From positions 1 through 57,839 of IMG/VR virus record IMGVR_UViG_3300042569_000835: a stretch of 57,839 bases of DNA; one strand, written 5' to 3'. The notes beneath the pieces were generated by a model. That model saw only the letters and a list, made by a program, of their open reading frames with translations, did not search any database and was not told where the DNA came from. This document shows positions 1-12,000 of this stretch, one piece after another. Position 1 is the stretch's first letter, and every line of letters starts with the position of its first letter. The DNA is from a virus (lineage: Duplodnaviria; Caudoviricetes). Both the position numbers and the translations under genes were made by a program.

Positions 1-3000
1 TCTTGATAATCTAATAAACCAACACCGCCAATGCCGATTGCAATAATTTCAACCACGTCTCCTGTTGCAGGGGCAACATTAAATTCAATTTTATTTTCAA
101 CAAAATCTATAACATAATTAATAGTGCTATCGCCAATGTATTCTTGTTTTATCTTATTAACATACACCATTACAGACGATGCTTCGAAAATAGTTAGACC
201 GATGTCAAATCTAGTCTTAACGCCATCGCCGATAATAACTGTATTTTGTATCGGCGTAGCACCCGGATTGGTTTTGTTGAATACTTTGATACTTAGACTG
301 TCTAGTACTTGACCGGGAACGTTTTCTTCCGGAGCTGGCACTTGATCAGGGCTTACAAATTTTTCTCCGTCAATTACAATTTCTTCAGGAGTTAATCCGG
401 CAGCAGTTACATATGCTCCACCGATGTTCGATAATGATCCTCCACTAATTCGTGTGTCTAGTAGATTTACATCGCTGATTACTACAGATCCATCACTGTC
501 TAATTTTCTAAAGATCAGTGTATCGCCTGAATTAGTACTTAAATATCTATGTATTTCGATTATGTTTGTAGACCCATCACCGATAAAAGTTGGCATTTCT
601 GCATGAGGATTAGTTGCTACACTGGAATCCCAACTTGGTGTATAATTAGGGTCGTCGATCCTAATTGGTCGTTGGTCGCCTAGACGTTTAATATACACTG
701 AAATTGGCTGATTGTTTTCTGGAGTATATGGTAAAACAACAAATGTTGTACTGCCGTCAGCTACATAGTAAAAATCATTACTGGATTCTACACTATCCCA
801 ACTGTCTGTAAACCAAGGAAGCGCATCCCATCCGCCTGTTACATCAAAGGTTGTACCTTGTACTTGTACTCCACCAAAGTCAATGCCTGTCATTAACTGG
901 CTCAAATTATTGCCTTTCATCCCCGAAGTAGGTTGGTAGGATTTTTGTATTCTATCTATGCTATTGAATAATTCAACATTTTTTTCATAATTAATTACAA
1001 TCACATCACCTAAGTTTGGATTAGCAAAAAATTTTAATTTACCTTTTAATAAGTCATAACTATCCACAGTAGAAATATACAAACTAATTTCGTATTCGCT
1101 CGAAATTACTAGTTGATCATTTTTAATTACTGTAATTTTTCCCTTATCTCTAGACGGAGCGTAATTTAGGTCAAATACTGCGCTAAATCCTGTGGCAACA
1201 AAAGTTTGAGAATATTCAAAATTTTCGTAGGTTCCAATCTTGTTTGTTCTGTCAAACTTTATTGTTAAATCAAAAGATCTAACTTTTGTTTCGCCGAGAA
1301 TGGGAACTGCTCGAGCAACGTTAACTGAAGATCCGTTTCCGCCAACTAATGAAATTGTCGGCGTTTGTGTGTACCCGCTGCCTGAAGTAATAACTTTGAT
1401 ACCAGATACTCGTCCGTTGGATATAAATGCCTGAGCAGTGGCTCCTGTTCCGCTGCCGGTAATTAACACCGCTGGGGGTGTACGATAGTCTGCGCCCGCA
1501 TCTGCAACTTCAATTGCTACTATAGAATAGCCGTTGTTATCAAACCAAGACTTCCAAGGATATTCATTAAATCTATTATAGTATTGATTTACTGGTAATA
1601 TTGCACCATCTCTAACAGAATATGCAGGTGGCAGATCAAAATCTGATACTGCTGAATTAGAAGAATCTGTTTTAGTATACCTGCTGGTATATTCCCTAAT
1701 ACTGGTTCTGTAGGGCTTGACTTCTTCAATATAACTTTGGAAACTTTCTAAGTTATCATTTTTATAATTGGCTTTTTGTTCTAGGTCGCCGACATTATGA
1801 ATAGCGTTTAAGAAGCTGGTTTTAAATGCCCAATCAACATAGGGCTGTTCTGAAAACGCATACTTTATTGAAGAGAAGAATAAGTTATTCCACTCAACTC
1901 TTAGATCGTCGACAAATATATTTTCTTTTGCTGCTTGTAGAATTATTCTTAATTCTTTAGTCGGTTGCAGATCATACAATGCTGCATCATACGATCCCAC
2001 ATTATCATAGCCTAAGCTGTTGATTAATCGATTGTAAAGAGTGTCTTTAATCTGTATTGTACCGTTTTGACGGCCAACTAAATTATAGTTGTCTAATAAA
2101 TCGCCGGCGCCTTGGGCAGTTTTTTCTAATACTACCCAACCGCCATTGCCGTATTCTTTGACTCTAATTAGATCGCCTACAGAAAGTTCTAGAGTAGGTT
2201 CTTGATAGATATTATTAATTTCTTTAACAATCTTAGAATTAATAGAATAATCAGAATTCCACCAATCCACAAATTGCCAATAGATTGTTGTATCATATCC
2301 CTGAGATTTACTGCGGTAAAAAATTCTACGTTGCTGATCCCATGCATATACACTCCAGAATCCGAACAATGTAGAATCACTTCTTACTAGTACAGAGAAC
2401 GGTCTTACTTTTATAGTGGCTGTTGTATATTTTCTACCTTTAGAAATTAAATTTATAGAGTTTACTTTACCTTGTGCGTTTAGGGTAATTGTTGCTTTAG
2501 CTCCAAATCCGTCGCCTTGTATCTCTATATAAGGAACTGTTCTATATCCGAATCCGGCATCTTTGATATCGATTGTATCTATTTCACCGTTAATTATATT
2601 TGCGGTAAATTCTGCTTGACGAACTTTTACTGTACCCACTTGATCTAGATCAATAAGAGTGTCTACAGATAAATCGTACTGGTTTAACACCTCGCTTGGA
2701 ATTGGATCAAGTCTGTTAAGATTGCCGAAATCAATTGTATCGGAGAACGGTCTAGTTGTCAGCACAGAATTAATATTGTCAATTGCAATCTTTAATGCTT
2801 TGTCTCTATTAACAAACATGCTCTGTCGAGGCCTAAAACTTAATCCCTGTTGTTTTTTAACTGGTAGTCTAGAATCAGGAACAGCATTACCTGCTTCATC
2901 CGATCCCACTAAACTGTCGATCCATTTCTTTTCTAGGTATTCAGAAGGTAGGCTATCAGCTACGCCGCTAGTCAATAATTGATACTCTCTATGAATCGGT

Positions 3001-6000
3001 GTTAATTGTTTTTTATTTTTAGTGTATTCAACATTTACTAGTGCTGTATCTGTGCCAATGATTGCTGTTAAATTATAGGCTAAAAATTTGTCTGGCCCTA
3101 GTATTCCTACAAACGGAATTCCAGACCCAATTGGGTTATCGATAAAGCCTTCGATCGCTGCTGCCGAAATTCGTCTAATTGAATTATTCGTTGGCAATAT
3201 AGTCTTCGACGAAACCCAATAATAGTATAAAGTACCAGTTTCGAGACCAGTATTGGGATTATATAAAATCTTAGTATTGTATACAGTATTGTCGGCAAAT
3301 TTAGGTTGGCCAGAAATTCCTTCGGCCAATCCTTCTACTGTATCAGCAAGTAGGCTCCACTCCGACGGCAGTAGCACAGACTCTACCCATTCGTAAATAT
3401 CAACCGATGAGCCTTCTGCTTGTCTATTCCAATTTCCTATTCGATAGGCAAAATCACTTTGCTCATAATTTATAAATTTAACGGTGCTTAGATCCCACCA
3501 AATTTTTCCAACATTTTTTTCAAACCAAGGTTGTGATTCGTCAACAACTTGGTCATCTGTTCCAATCATATATATTGCAGGATCATATACTGTTTTAAAA
3601 GAAATTTCTTGTTCAGCAACTCCTAATATTTTTAATTTAAACCCATCAACTATATCTAAGTCTGCAATTTTTCTATTATTAACATTGTCATACAGTTCAA
3701 TATTTTGCAACAACTCAACATCTACTAAAGGTATTTCTTGAGAAATTATGTTAAAACTATTTGTTTCGATTGATTTTTTAAACAGTCTAACCATACCAAC
3801 TGCTACACCTTCTACTTGATATGTAGGGGAGCCTACAACAACAACAGAGCTTGTACAATCAATAGAATAGCCGAACGATTCGCCGGATACCAGATCGGCT
3901 TCTAGTTTCTCAACTAGGAAATAACCTTGATCTTTTCTCTCATATACATAGACCTGTCCCGGAAATCCTCTAGAAGAAGAAAAAGAAGTTCTTCTTCTAT
4001 CAAATGTTGTGCCGTCATTAAAAAATGCTAAGATTGAATATCCAGCATTTTTTGCACCTACAACAATTCGTTCTGTAGAAGGACTGATAGATATGCTAGA
4101 TCCAAAATATTCGTTGGTAAAGTATTCATAACTTTGCAATTTTTGTTTTAATCTAAACTGGGATACCGATGAATCAGCATCGTATTTGAAAACATATGCT
4201 GCACCTTGGTTTTGTTTGTTAATATCTGCTAACGGGCTACTGGCTACAATAGTTGTACCGGAGGCGTCAATATCGATGGCAAACCCGAACTGATCCCCTG
4301 ATCCAATGATTCCAGAATTTGCAGTATCATTGATATCAGATAAAGAGTCAGCTGTAATAGTCTGTGTCAAACTATATAGATTGTTTACATCTCGTTCATA
4401 GATATAAATTTTACCCGTAGACGGCGATGCACTATCTCCTACATTTAACCAAGGTAGTCCTGCATCCGGGTATTGACCAAGACTAGTAATAGTTGATGTT
4501 GTTGCGTCGGTCAATCTATGATAGCCGTTTTGATATTTTACAACATCGCCTTCTGTGTACTCTTGATAGACATTCCAATCTCCTCGATAGTTAGCAAAGT
4601 ATTGACCATCACTATTTGGAGCACCAACAACTAATAGCCGTCCATCGCGGCTCATAGTAAGAGAGAATCCAAATTGATCTCCGTCTTTGACCAACTCAGC
4701 TAACTGAGTAGGGCTTAATAATCCCTCTGCTAGAGTAGAGCCGTCATCGTCTATAGCAATGTTTGTTGGTAGTGAACATTGAGTTGAAATAGGATCTAAT
4801 TTTTTCCAATCATTTGATTCTAAAGATAGAGAACTGCCATCACCTGTATTATCGTATAATGCTTCCCATAAACTACCATTAGACCATACTATTGATCCAG
4901 CGGGATAGATTGACAGCGGAGACGGTTGGTATAAGCCTAGATATTTTGTGTTTTCTAAATGACTCCAAGTGGTTCCGTTAAATTGATAAAGATAAATTCT
5001 TCCTTTGCCGGTACTTGCTCCAATGCTAGGGTCGCATAATGATCCTGGAGCAGATACTGCCATATAATAAGTTGTACCAGAAACTCCAATTGTAATTGCT
5101 GAACCAAATTCTTCATAGGCAGCTTGTCTAGGACTTACAAAACTGTGGGCAATTTCCCACTGTCCCTGATTATACTTGTACAAAGAAATCATTCCTTGAT
5201 CAGTAAATCCGTTGCCCCTGGCTGCGGGATTAGCGTTGACTATAGTTGCTGGTTTCCAGTCTTGACTGTTAAAATTAATAGAACTACCGTCGCCTACATC
5301 TATATTATCAACTGCTTCCCATAGCTTGCCTTGATAAAGTGCTATCTCGCCTGCTAGATAACTTCTAGACGGATTTAATTCACCTTGATAGGCGCTTTTT
5401 ACACCGCTAGCATTTGGAGCACCCACTGCTAACCATTTATAATCTGGACTAACTGCCAGGACTTTGCCGAACGAACCTGCGACCGCAGTTTCAAATCCAT
5501 CCGGTGGTGGCACAATTTGCTTTAGACCAATGACTTCGCCGGAAGTCTTGGTTGTATAAATCATTACATAACCAGATCCTGGAATACCTGTTGCAATTTG
5601 TTTTAGGTTGTCAATGTATACTACCGATGTGCCTGTTCCTATAGGTGTAGTAATTCCATACTCACTTAACTCATAGGTAACATACTGCTTAGTTTTTTCG
5701 ATAACTTCCCAGTGGTCGCTACCGTTGTTATCTATCCATAACTTCGATGAAAGATTTAATAATGCAGCTTGTTGATTATCTAATTCCTGATAGGTCAATT
5801 TTCTTGCAATTGTAAAAATTCCAACAGTTGCCGATGTACTATCTATAATCTCAGGTTCATCGGTGCTTGTGGTAATAACTGTAATTGTTTTGTTTGTAGT
5901 TGCAGTAATTTTAAAGAATCCGGTAAGATTATCAATATACTTTAACCCGACAACATCACCAACTGAAAAATTATGTATTTGGTTTAGAGTTATTTCTACA

Positions 6001-9000
6001 TTGGACTCTGTTTTTACCAAAGACTCTACTCGTAGTGCAACTTCTTGATTATATCGCAATACTGTCCATTCATTATTATAAAAAGTTATCCATATATGAG
6101 CATTTTCATAAACGTCTGCAATGTTTAAATTTACAATATCATCTAGAGTCTTTACAATAAAATCAACATGATTTGTGTTAACGTAGCCTGCAGATCTACT
6201 AGTGCCGTCATAATATGATGTGCGATTTAAATCTGTAGTAAAAGGAGTAGGTGCAGTTGTAAATTTTGAAGAATTAATTCTTAGGTATTGATCCAAGACC
6301 ACTGACGAATTTGTACTGTATGTTAACAATATAGGTTGAGGATTTATTACAAGATCATCTTTTTTGATTTCAAATTCAAATTCATCTATTTGAGTTGTTC
6401 CGCCAAACTCTCCAATTTTAAAAGCCCATTCTTCTTTAAGAACAACACTGTCGTCCTGTGTTCTGCTTAATTTATCAAATACTTTTACAATGGCATTTGC
6501 TGTGCCCTTTTCTCTAATAAAACCTTGATATATTCTAAACTGGCTAATTTCATCTTCTGCAATATTTTGTAGGTATTCTCTTTGTTGATATCCAATTGCA
6601 TGTCTTGCAAGGTCTCGTTGGCTAGATCCCACGCCATCTGTGTTTACTTCGTAGTAATCACTGAACTGATTTATTTTATAATCAAAGTTAGGAATTAACG
6701 ACTTGCTAGGAGTGGAGTCTAGTTTTGACCATGCCGCATCTTGGAATTCTACGGAACCTAATTGATTATATTTGCTTGTCCAATTATAAGACTTATAGGA
6801 TACAATGTCTCCTAATTTATAATCAGTAAACGGTTGCCATACCGCTATGTTTACATTATCAAACAAGAAACCGGGACTGGTATAGTCGCCGTCCCAGTCA
6901 ACAGTACGGAATCCTCTAGCTTTGATACGTTCTTGACGATAGCCTGTTGGTTTGTCATAGATAATATCGTTGAAAACTGTTTTGTCATCAAATACAACCA
7001 CATGCTCTTTAAGAACAAAATGCATTCTTAAAAAATATATACCGTCGGTGGTGTTTGTGGTAGACACTGTGATTTCTTGGAAATCTCTATTCACATTGAT
7101 GAATCTTGGCTGTAGCGGATTTCCGTCGTTTTTCAAAACTTGATAGTCGTAAAAGCTGTCTAGAATGCTATCAGCAACACCTATTGCAAATTTAATTTTT
7201 ATGTAAGTTGCAGAAGGGCTAAGTGTAAGTAAAGAATTTTCGGCCCAGTTATGCTTGGACCAGAACATAAATTCTTTGGCCGAAGTATACCAATCAAACG
7301 ATGTTGAAGAAGCTGTATCATACCCGTCAAATATAAATCCAACAGATTTAAGATATTCTTGATAGCCCAGTAAGAAGTCAACTACCTGCTGTATGCTGTT
7401 TAATATAGAGCCATACGATAGAGTTCTAAGTCTTAGCTTGTTAAAATTTCTTCTTCTAAATGCTTCAACCGCGCCGGTCAGCGGCAACGAAGGTAGCTGT
7501 TTCCATATACTCGAACCGTTTGTGCCTTCTGAAAATTCAGTCGAGCTTGTATGACTGCTAAGACATCTATAAAATTTATCTTTAAATCTGCAAATTACAC
7601 CGTTGCCATAGAATGTGTTTTCAGTCCAATCTAAGAAATTTTCACTTAGACCGCCTACCGAAATTAGAGGATCTGACTGAGAATCAGTTGGCTGGTAATA
7701 GTAAAACAAAGGGGTTGAATTATCGTATCCAGAAATTTTCCAGCCAGCATTAACTTTTTCTAAGATAACTCCACTATAGGCTAAATTAAAAATTGGAGCA
7801 CTGACATTGAAAATAATGTCATAGTTCTCTGGTGGTACAAAAACACTACTAGATGTAGACTTGGGATTTTTGCTATCTAAAATATATTTTTGTTGTTGCT
7901 GATCAACAAATCCAGAAATTCTATTAGATAGTTTTACATTTATATTTGAAACAACGTCTTCTAACTTAAGTGTCGAAGAAGCAGTACTCTTTAAATAGTT
8001 TGTAATGTAAACTACTAATCCCGAAACTGGAGTATCTACAGTATTCTCGTAGACAAAATCACTCAATGTAGAAAATAAATTAGTTTTTAAATTTATTGTC
8101 TGACCTAACTTGTTAGTTGCTATAGAAGATTTATTAAAATTGTCGGTAATAAATTCAAACGGTTTTAACAATGCTAGCGCAGAAATTATTGCAAACGGCC
8201 ACTCCGAGCTCATTCTCCAAGCTGCTTCAACTGGAGCATTATCACCTATTTTAAATGCTCCTTGATTATTAATCAAAGAAAAATTTCCTGCTAGTCCCGA
8301 ACTCAACGGGCTTAATAATTTGCCATCCCCATCTACAGGAATATGACTCATAATCGACGGACGCTTGTATCTATCTCTAATTCCGGCTCGCTCGCCTTGA
8401 CGGATAATACCGTCTCTAAGATCTTCCCAAAGAATCAAGTTATTACTTGTATACGGCGCAGGACCATATTCAGTTTCCCACCATATAGGCATTTCACTAA
8501 AGCCTAACATTTCCCAAGGATGTGTATGGGGACGATCAGTATCGTAGAACCATATATATACTTCCCTCCAATATCCTGGCAGGTTTTGCGTTCCCGTAGG
8601 ATCAACCATATTAGAATAGGTATAGGTAAAACTATTTTCGCTGTCAAAAAATACGTTGTTTACATAATCAATATTTGTTCCAGAAATCCATTTTAAAAAT
8701 TCTGAAGAAACAATTTTGTCCAGTGCTGGTTTTCCATAAAGCGAATTTCCATAATATCCCCCAAGAATACTGTCTATATCAAATACAGACTCGTTATACT
8801 CTTGTTTAATATTGTTATAGATTCGAGTTTCTAATTCTAATAAAACATCGTCTCTAAAATCACCATAGGCAACAGTGATACTTCCGTCGTGTCCTTGAAT
8901 TACTTCTCTTGGTTCAACATAGGTGTCATCGAGAAATTTTCTAGGTTTATATTTTTTGTACAACCCTAACTTGGTCGGAGTAGGTGGAATAAAATTGATA

Positions 9001-12000
9001 GCAGTCGATGCGTATTCTCTAATCTGGATCACATCGCCTTCAACTAAATCGATCAATAGATTAACAAACCCGAATGTAGAATTAAATTCGTAATCTCGAT
9101 TTACCAGTAATTGCTGATCATTAAAATAAACATAAACTGCTCGAGAGCTTAAAGTTTGTAGATCAAACTTTTCTGACAGAGCAAATGTTTTAATTCCTGT
9201 ATCTTCAACTGTATAATTTATGCTGGTGTATGCACCGCTGCCGATCATGTCAGATCCGGCAAACGGTCTACTTACGTCTTGCGTTCTACTAATTTCTTCT
9301 AGAACAGAATCTACAAAATCATTAGCAGTTTGATTGTAAAATATTTCATATGCTAGTGCAATAAAACTATTTTTAAAATCGGTGTATGATTTTTTTGCAT
9401 ACTGAATAGATTTTATAATATTATTTTCTTTATTACACAATAATGCAATAGATAACGGCGCCGGACTAGAATGTTTTAAAAATCTTCTTGTTAATGTTTG
9501 ATATCCACTGATGTCTCGTAGGTTGTTTAATCCTGGAAATATTCCACTAAAGTCTTCAGATAGTTCTAATCCTGTAGATATGTGGTCAGCAGCTTGACCT
9601 AACGTAAATGTTTTTATTTTTTCGTTTAGGGGATTTTTTTCTAATCCCAACGGAATTTCATAATAGCCGGTGTCGGGATCAATATTGGCAAATAGTTTAA
9701 TTGCTACTGTGTCCCCTACTGCAAATTGTGTGTCGAATACAAACGTACCTTCTGTTCTAGTAAAACCTGACCGAACGTGTACACCATTTAGATAAACTAA
9801 TATTTTGCGAATATCACTATCGGCTAACAGATTCCAATCAACCATGGTTGTGGTAATTTCGTTTGTAGGTTCTACAATATCCACACTGTCAATTATTGGC
9901 TGGACATAATTAGAATCTAATGTATTCCATGCATTAGTGAAAGTGTCGTCATTGCTAAACTTTAAATAGCCCGTTGCAATTTCTTTAGAGTAGTTGGCAT
10001 TATCAAGTTTATAAGTAAACGAGTCTGTATCAAGATTAAAGTTAAATTGTATATCACCTACGTTATCTATATTAAGATAACTAACGCTAAACCCTAACTC
10101 AATATCGATTGGGCCGGAACCAATTTTATAGCTTAGAATCGAGGTTCCTACGAAGGAACTAACAGGATATGTTTCAACATCACCGAAGCTAACTTCGTTG
10201 TCATCAAAAAGATCAAACAACGGGGGTTGGTTTACCGAAGTCTTTAGTTGACTCTTAACCCAATCAATTCCATTAAAGTGATACATGACCCCTTTATTCT
10301 TTACACCGCGGCGTATTAATACTCCATCGCCGGCCTGTGTGTCAACATTAGATTCACGAGTTAAACTGATCTGCTTAATATTGTTATGGGTGATAAAATT
10401 TACAATGTAAATTTGATTGTTGGCTAATGTATCAGTATCGTTGGTTATTAAAAGTCTTGCTCCGTTGAATAGATATTCACCATCAACAATATATCCAGTG
10501 CTACCTTCAACGACTGAAAAAACATCGGTAGTAAAATCGTCAACAAAGTCAACTGCGTCTTTGGCTATCGACCCATGATTAAATAACTGTATATTTGATT
10601 TAAATTCAATGATTGGTCTTTTTGCTCGAGATGTTTCTGATGCATCAAAATTAGAATTATTTAGAGTATGGGCATAGTCTAATACTGCGCGATGGCACCA
10701 ACGATTGTATCGGCTCCACGGATTTGAATCGATACTAGATCGATTAATTGTAATATAATCTTTCTTTCCTGGGTATGCGCTTGCATCATCAAACGGTTGA
10801 GTATCAAATCCTCCATTATCAAATAATATCTCAGGAGCAGTATCTGAAAATGTAGTCGATACTATTAGGCTAGCCACATTAGTTAGGGTGATTCTTTCTC
10901 CCACACCTTCAACTATCCACTTGTTATTGTTGATTTTTCCTGAATACTTTTCTGGAAAAACGTTTCCGCCAAAGTAAACAATCATACCATTGCTTAATGT
11001 TATTCCATTGCTGCTGGTATAGTTTGTCTTGCCGATTATTTCTTTTTCAACATCAATTTTTGTATTTTCTTCAACGTTAGTAATAACGATTCTACCAAAT
11101 CTATTTGGATCTGTAAAACTTTGATAATATAATACATCTGGAGCATTTAAGGGAACTTCAAAGGTGATAGTTCCGCTTTCAATTCCAGCATTGGTTAGAC
11201 CTTTTGTATAATTTAACGCAGATGACGATGCTGAGGTAAAATCGACAAATTCCCAATCATCTGTATTTTCGTCAATGGTGCTTCCGTCGCTAGTGGTTAT
11301 ATTAGTTTTTGCCTTCCATAATTTTCCATCAAATACAACTAGTTGGCCGACGGAATATTGAAAGTCGGGATTATATAATAACGTTCCAGTGTCAATAGTA
11401 GTTCTAAACAATAACGGATTTCCTGGAACATTAACTTGGAACTTGTATGTTTGTCCTCTATATAAAGTTAATGTAGGATTGTTTGTTAGGCCGTCGGGAG
11501 TGAAAAGGTAAACGCTACCCACGCCAAGGCCCACTCGATATGTGCTTGTAATATTCTGAGCCTGACCTAGAATCTTAATAGGAGGTGGGCCGTCTGGTAC
11601 CCAATAATATTCTCTATAATTTACAAACTTGTCCCAATCGATGGGAGGGGCCCATGTATAGTGTTCTTGAGCTGTAATTAGATCGTCTCGCTCTTCAGTG
11701 TTATTAAAAAACTTTAATTGATTTTTAAAGTCGAGATAATCGTAAAACTGTTCAATCTTGCCATCTTTTTCTACAACAACACCAGGTTCTAATTGATATC
11801 TACTGCGTAAAGTTTGATCTGTGTCTAGGTAAACTTCACTAGATTTGTAGGTTTTACCATATCGTCTACCTAGATATCCTACTTTTTTTTCTAAGACACC
11901 CGGTTGAACTAACGGGTCTAGTGCTCCTGCAAGAAATTTTGAGTTTGCTTCAGTTTGAAAAATCTGAGGCAAAAGATCTATTGTCTTTCTTATAGGAAGT

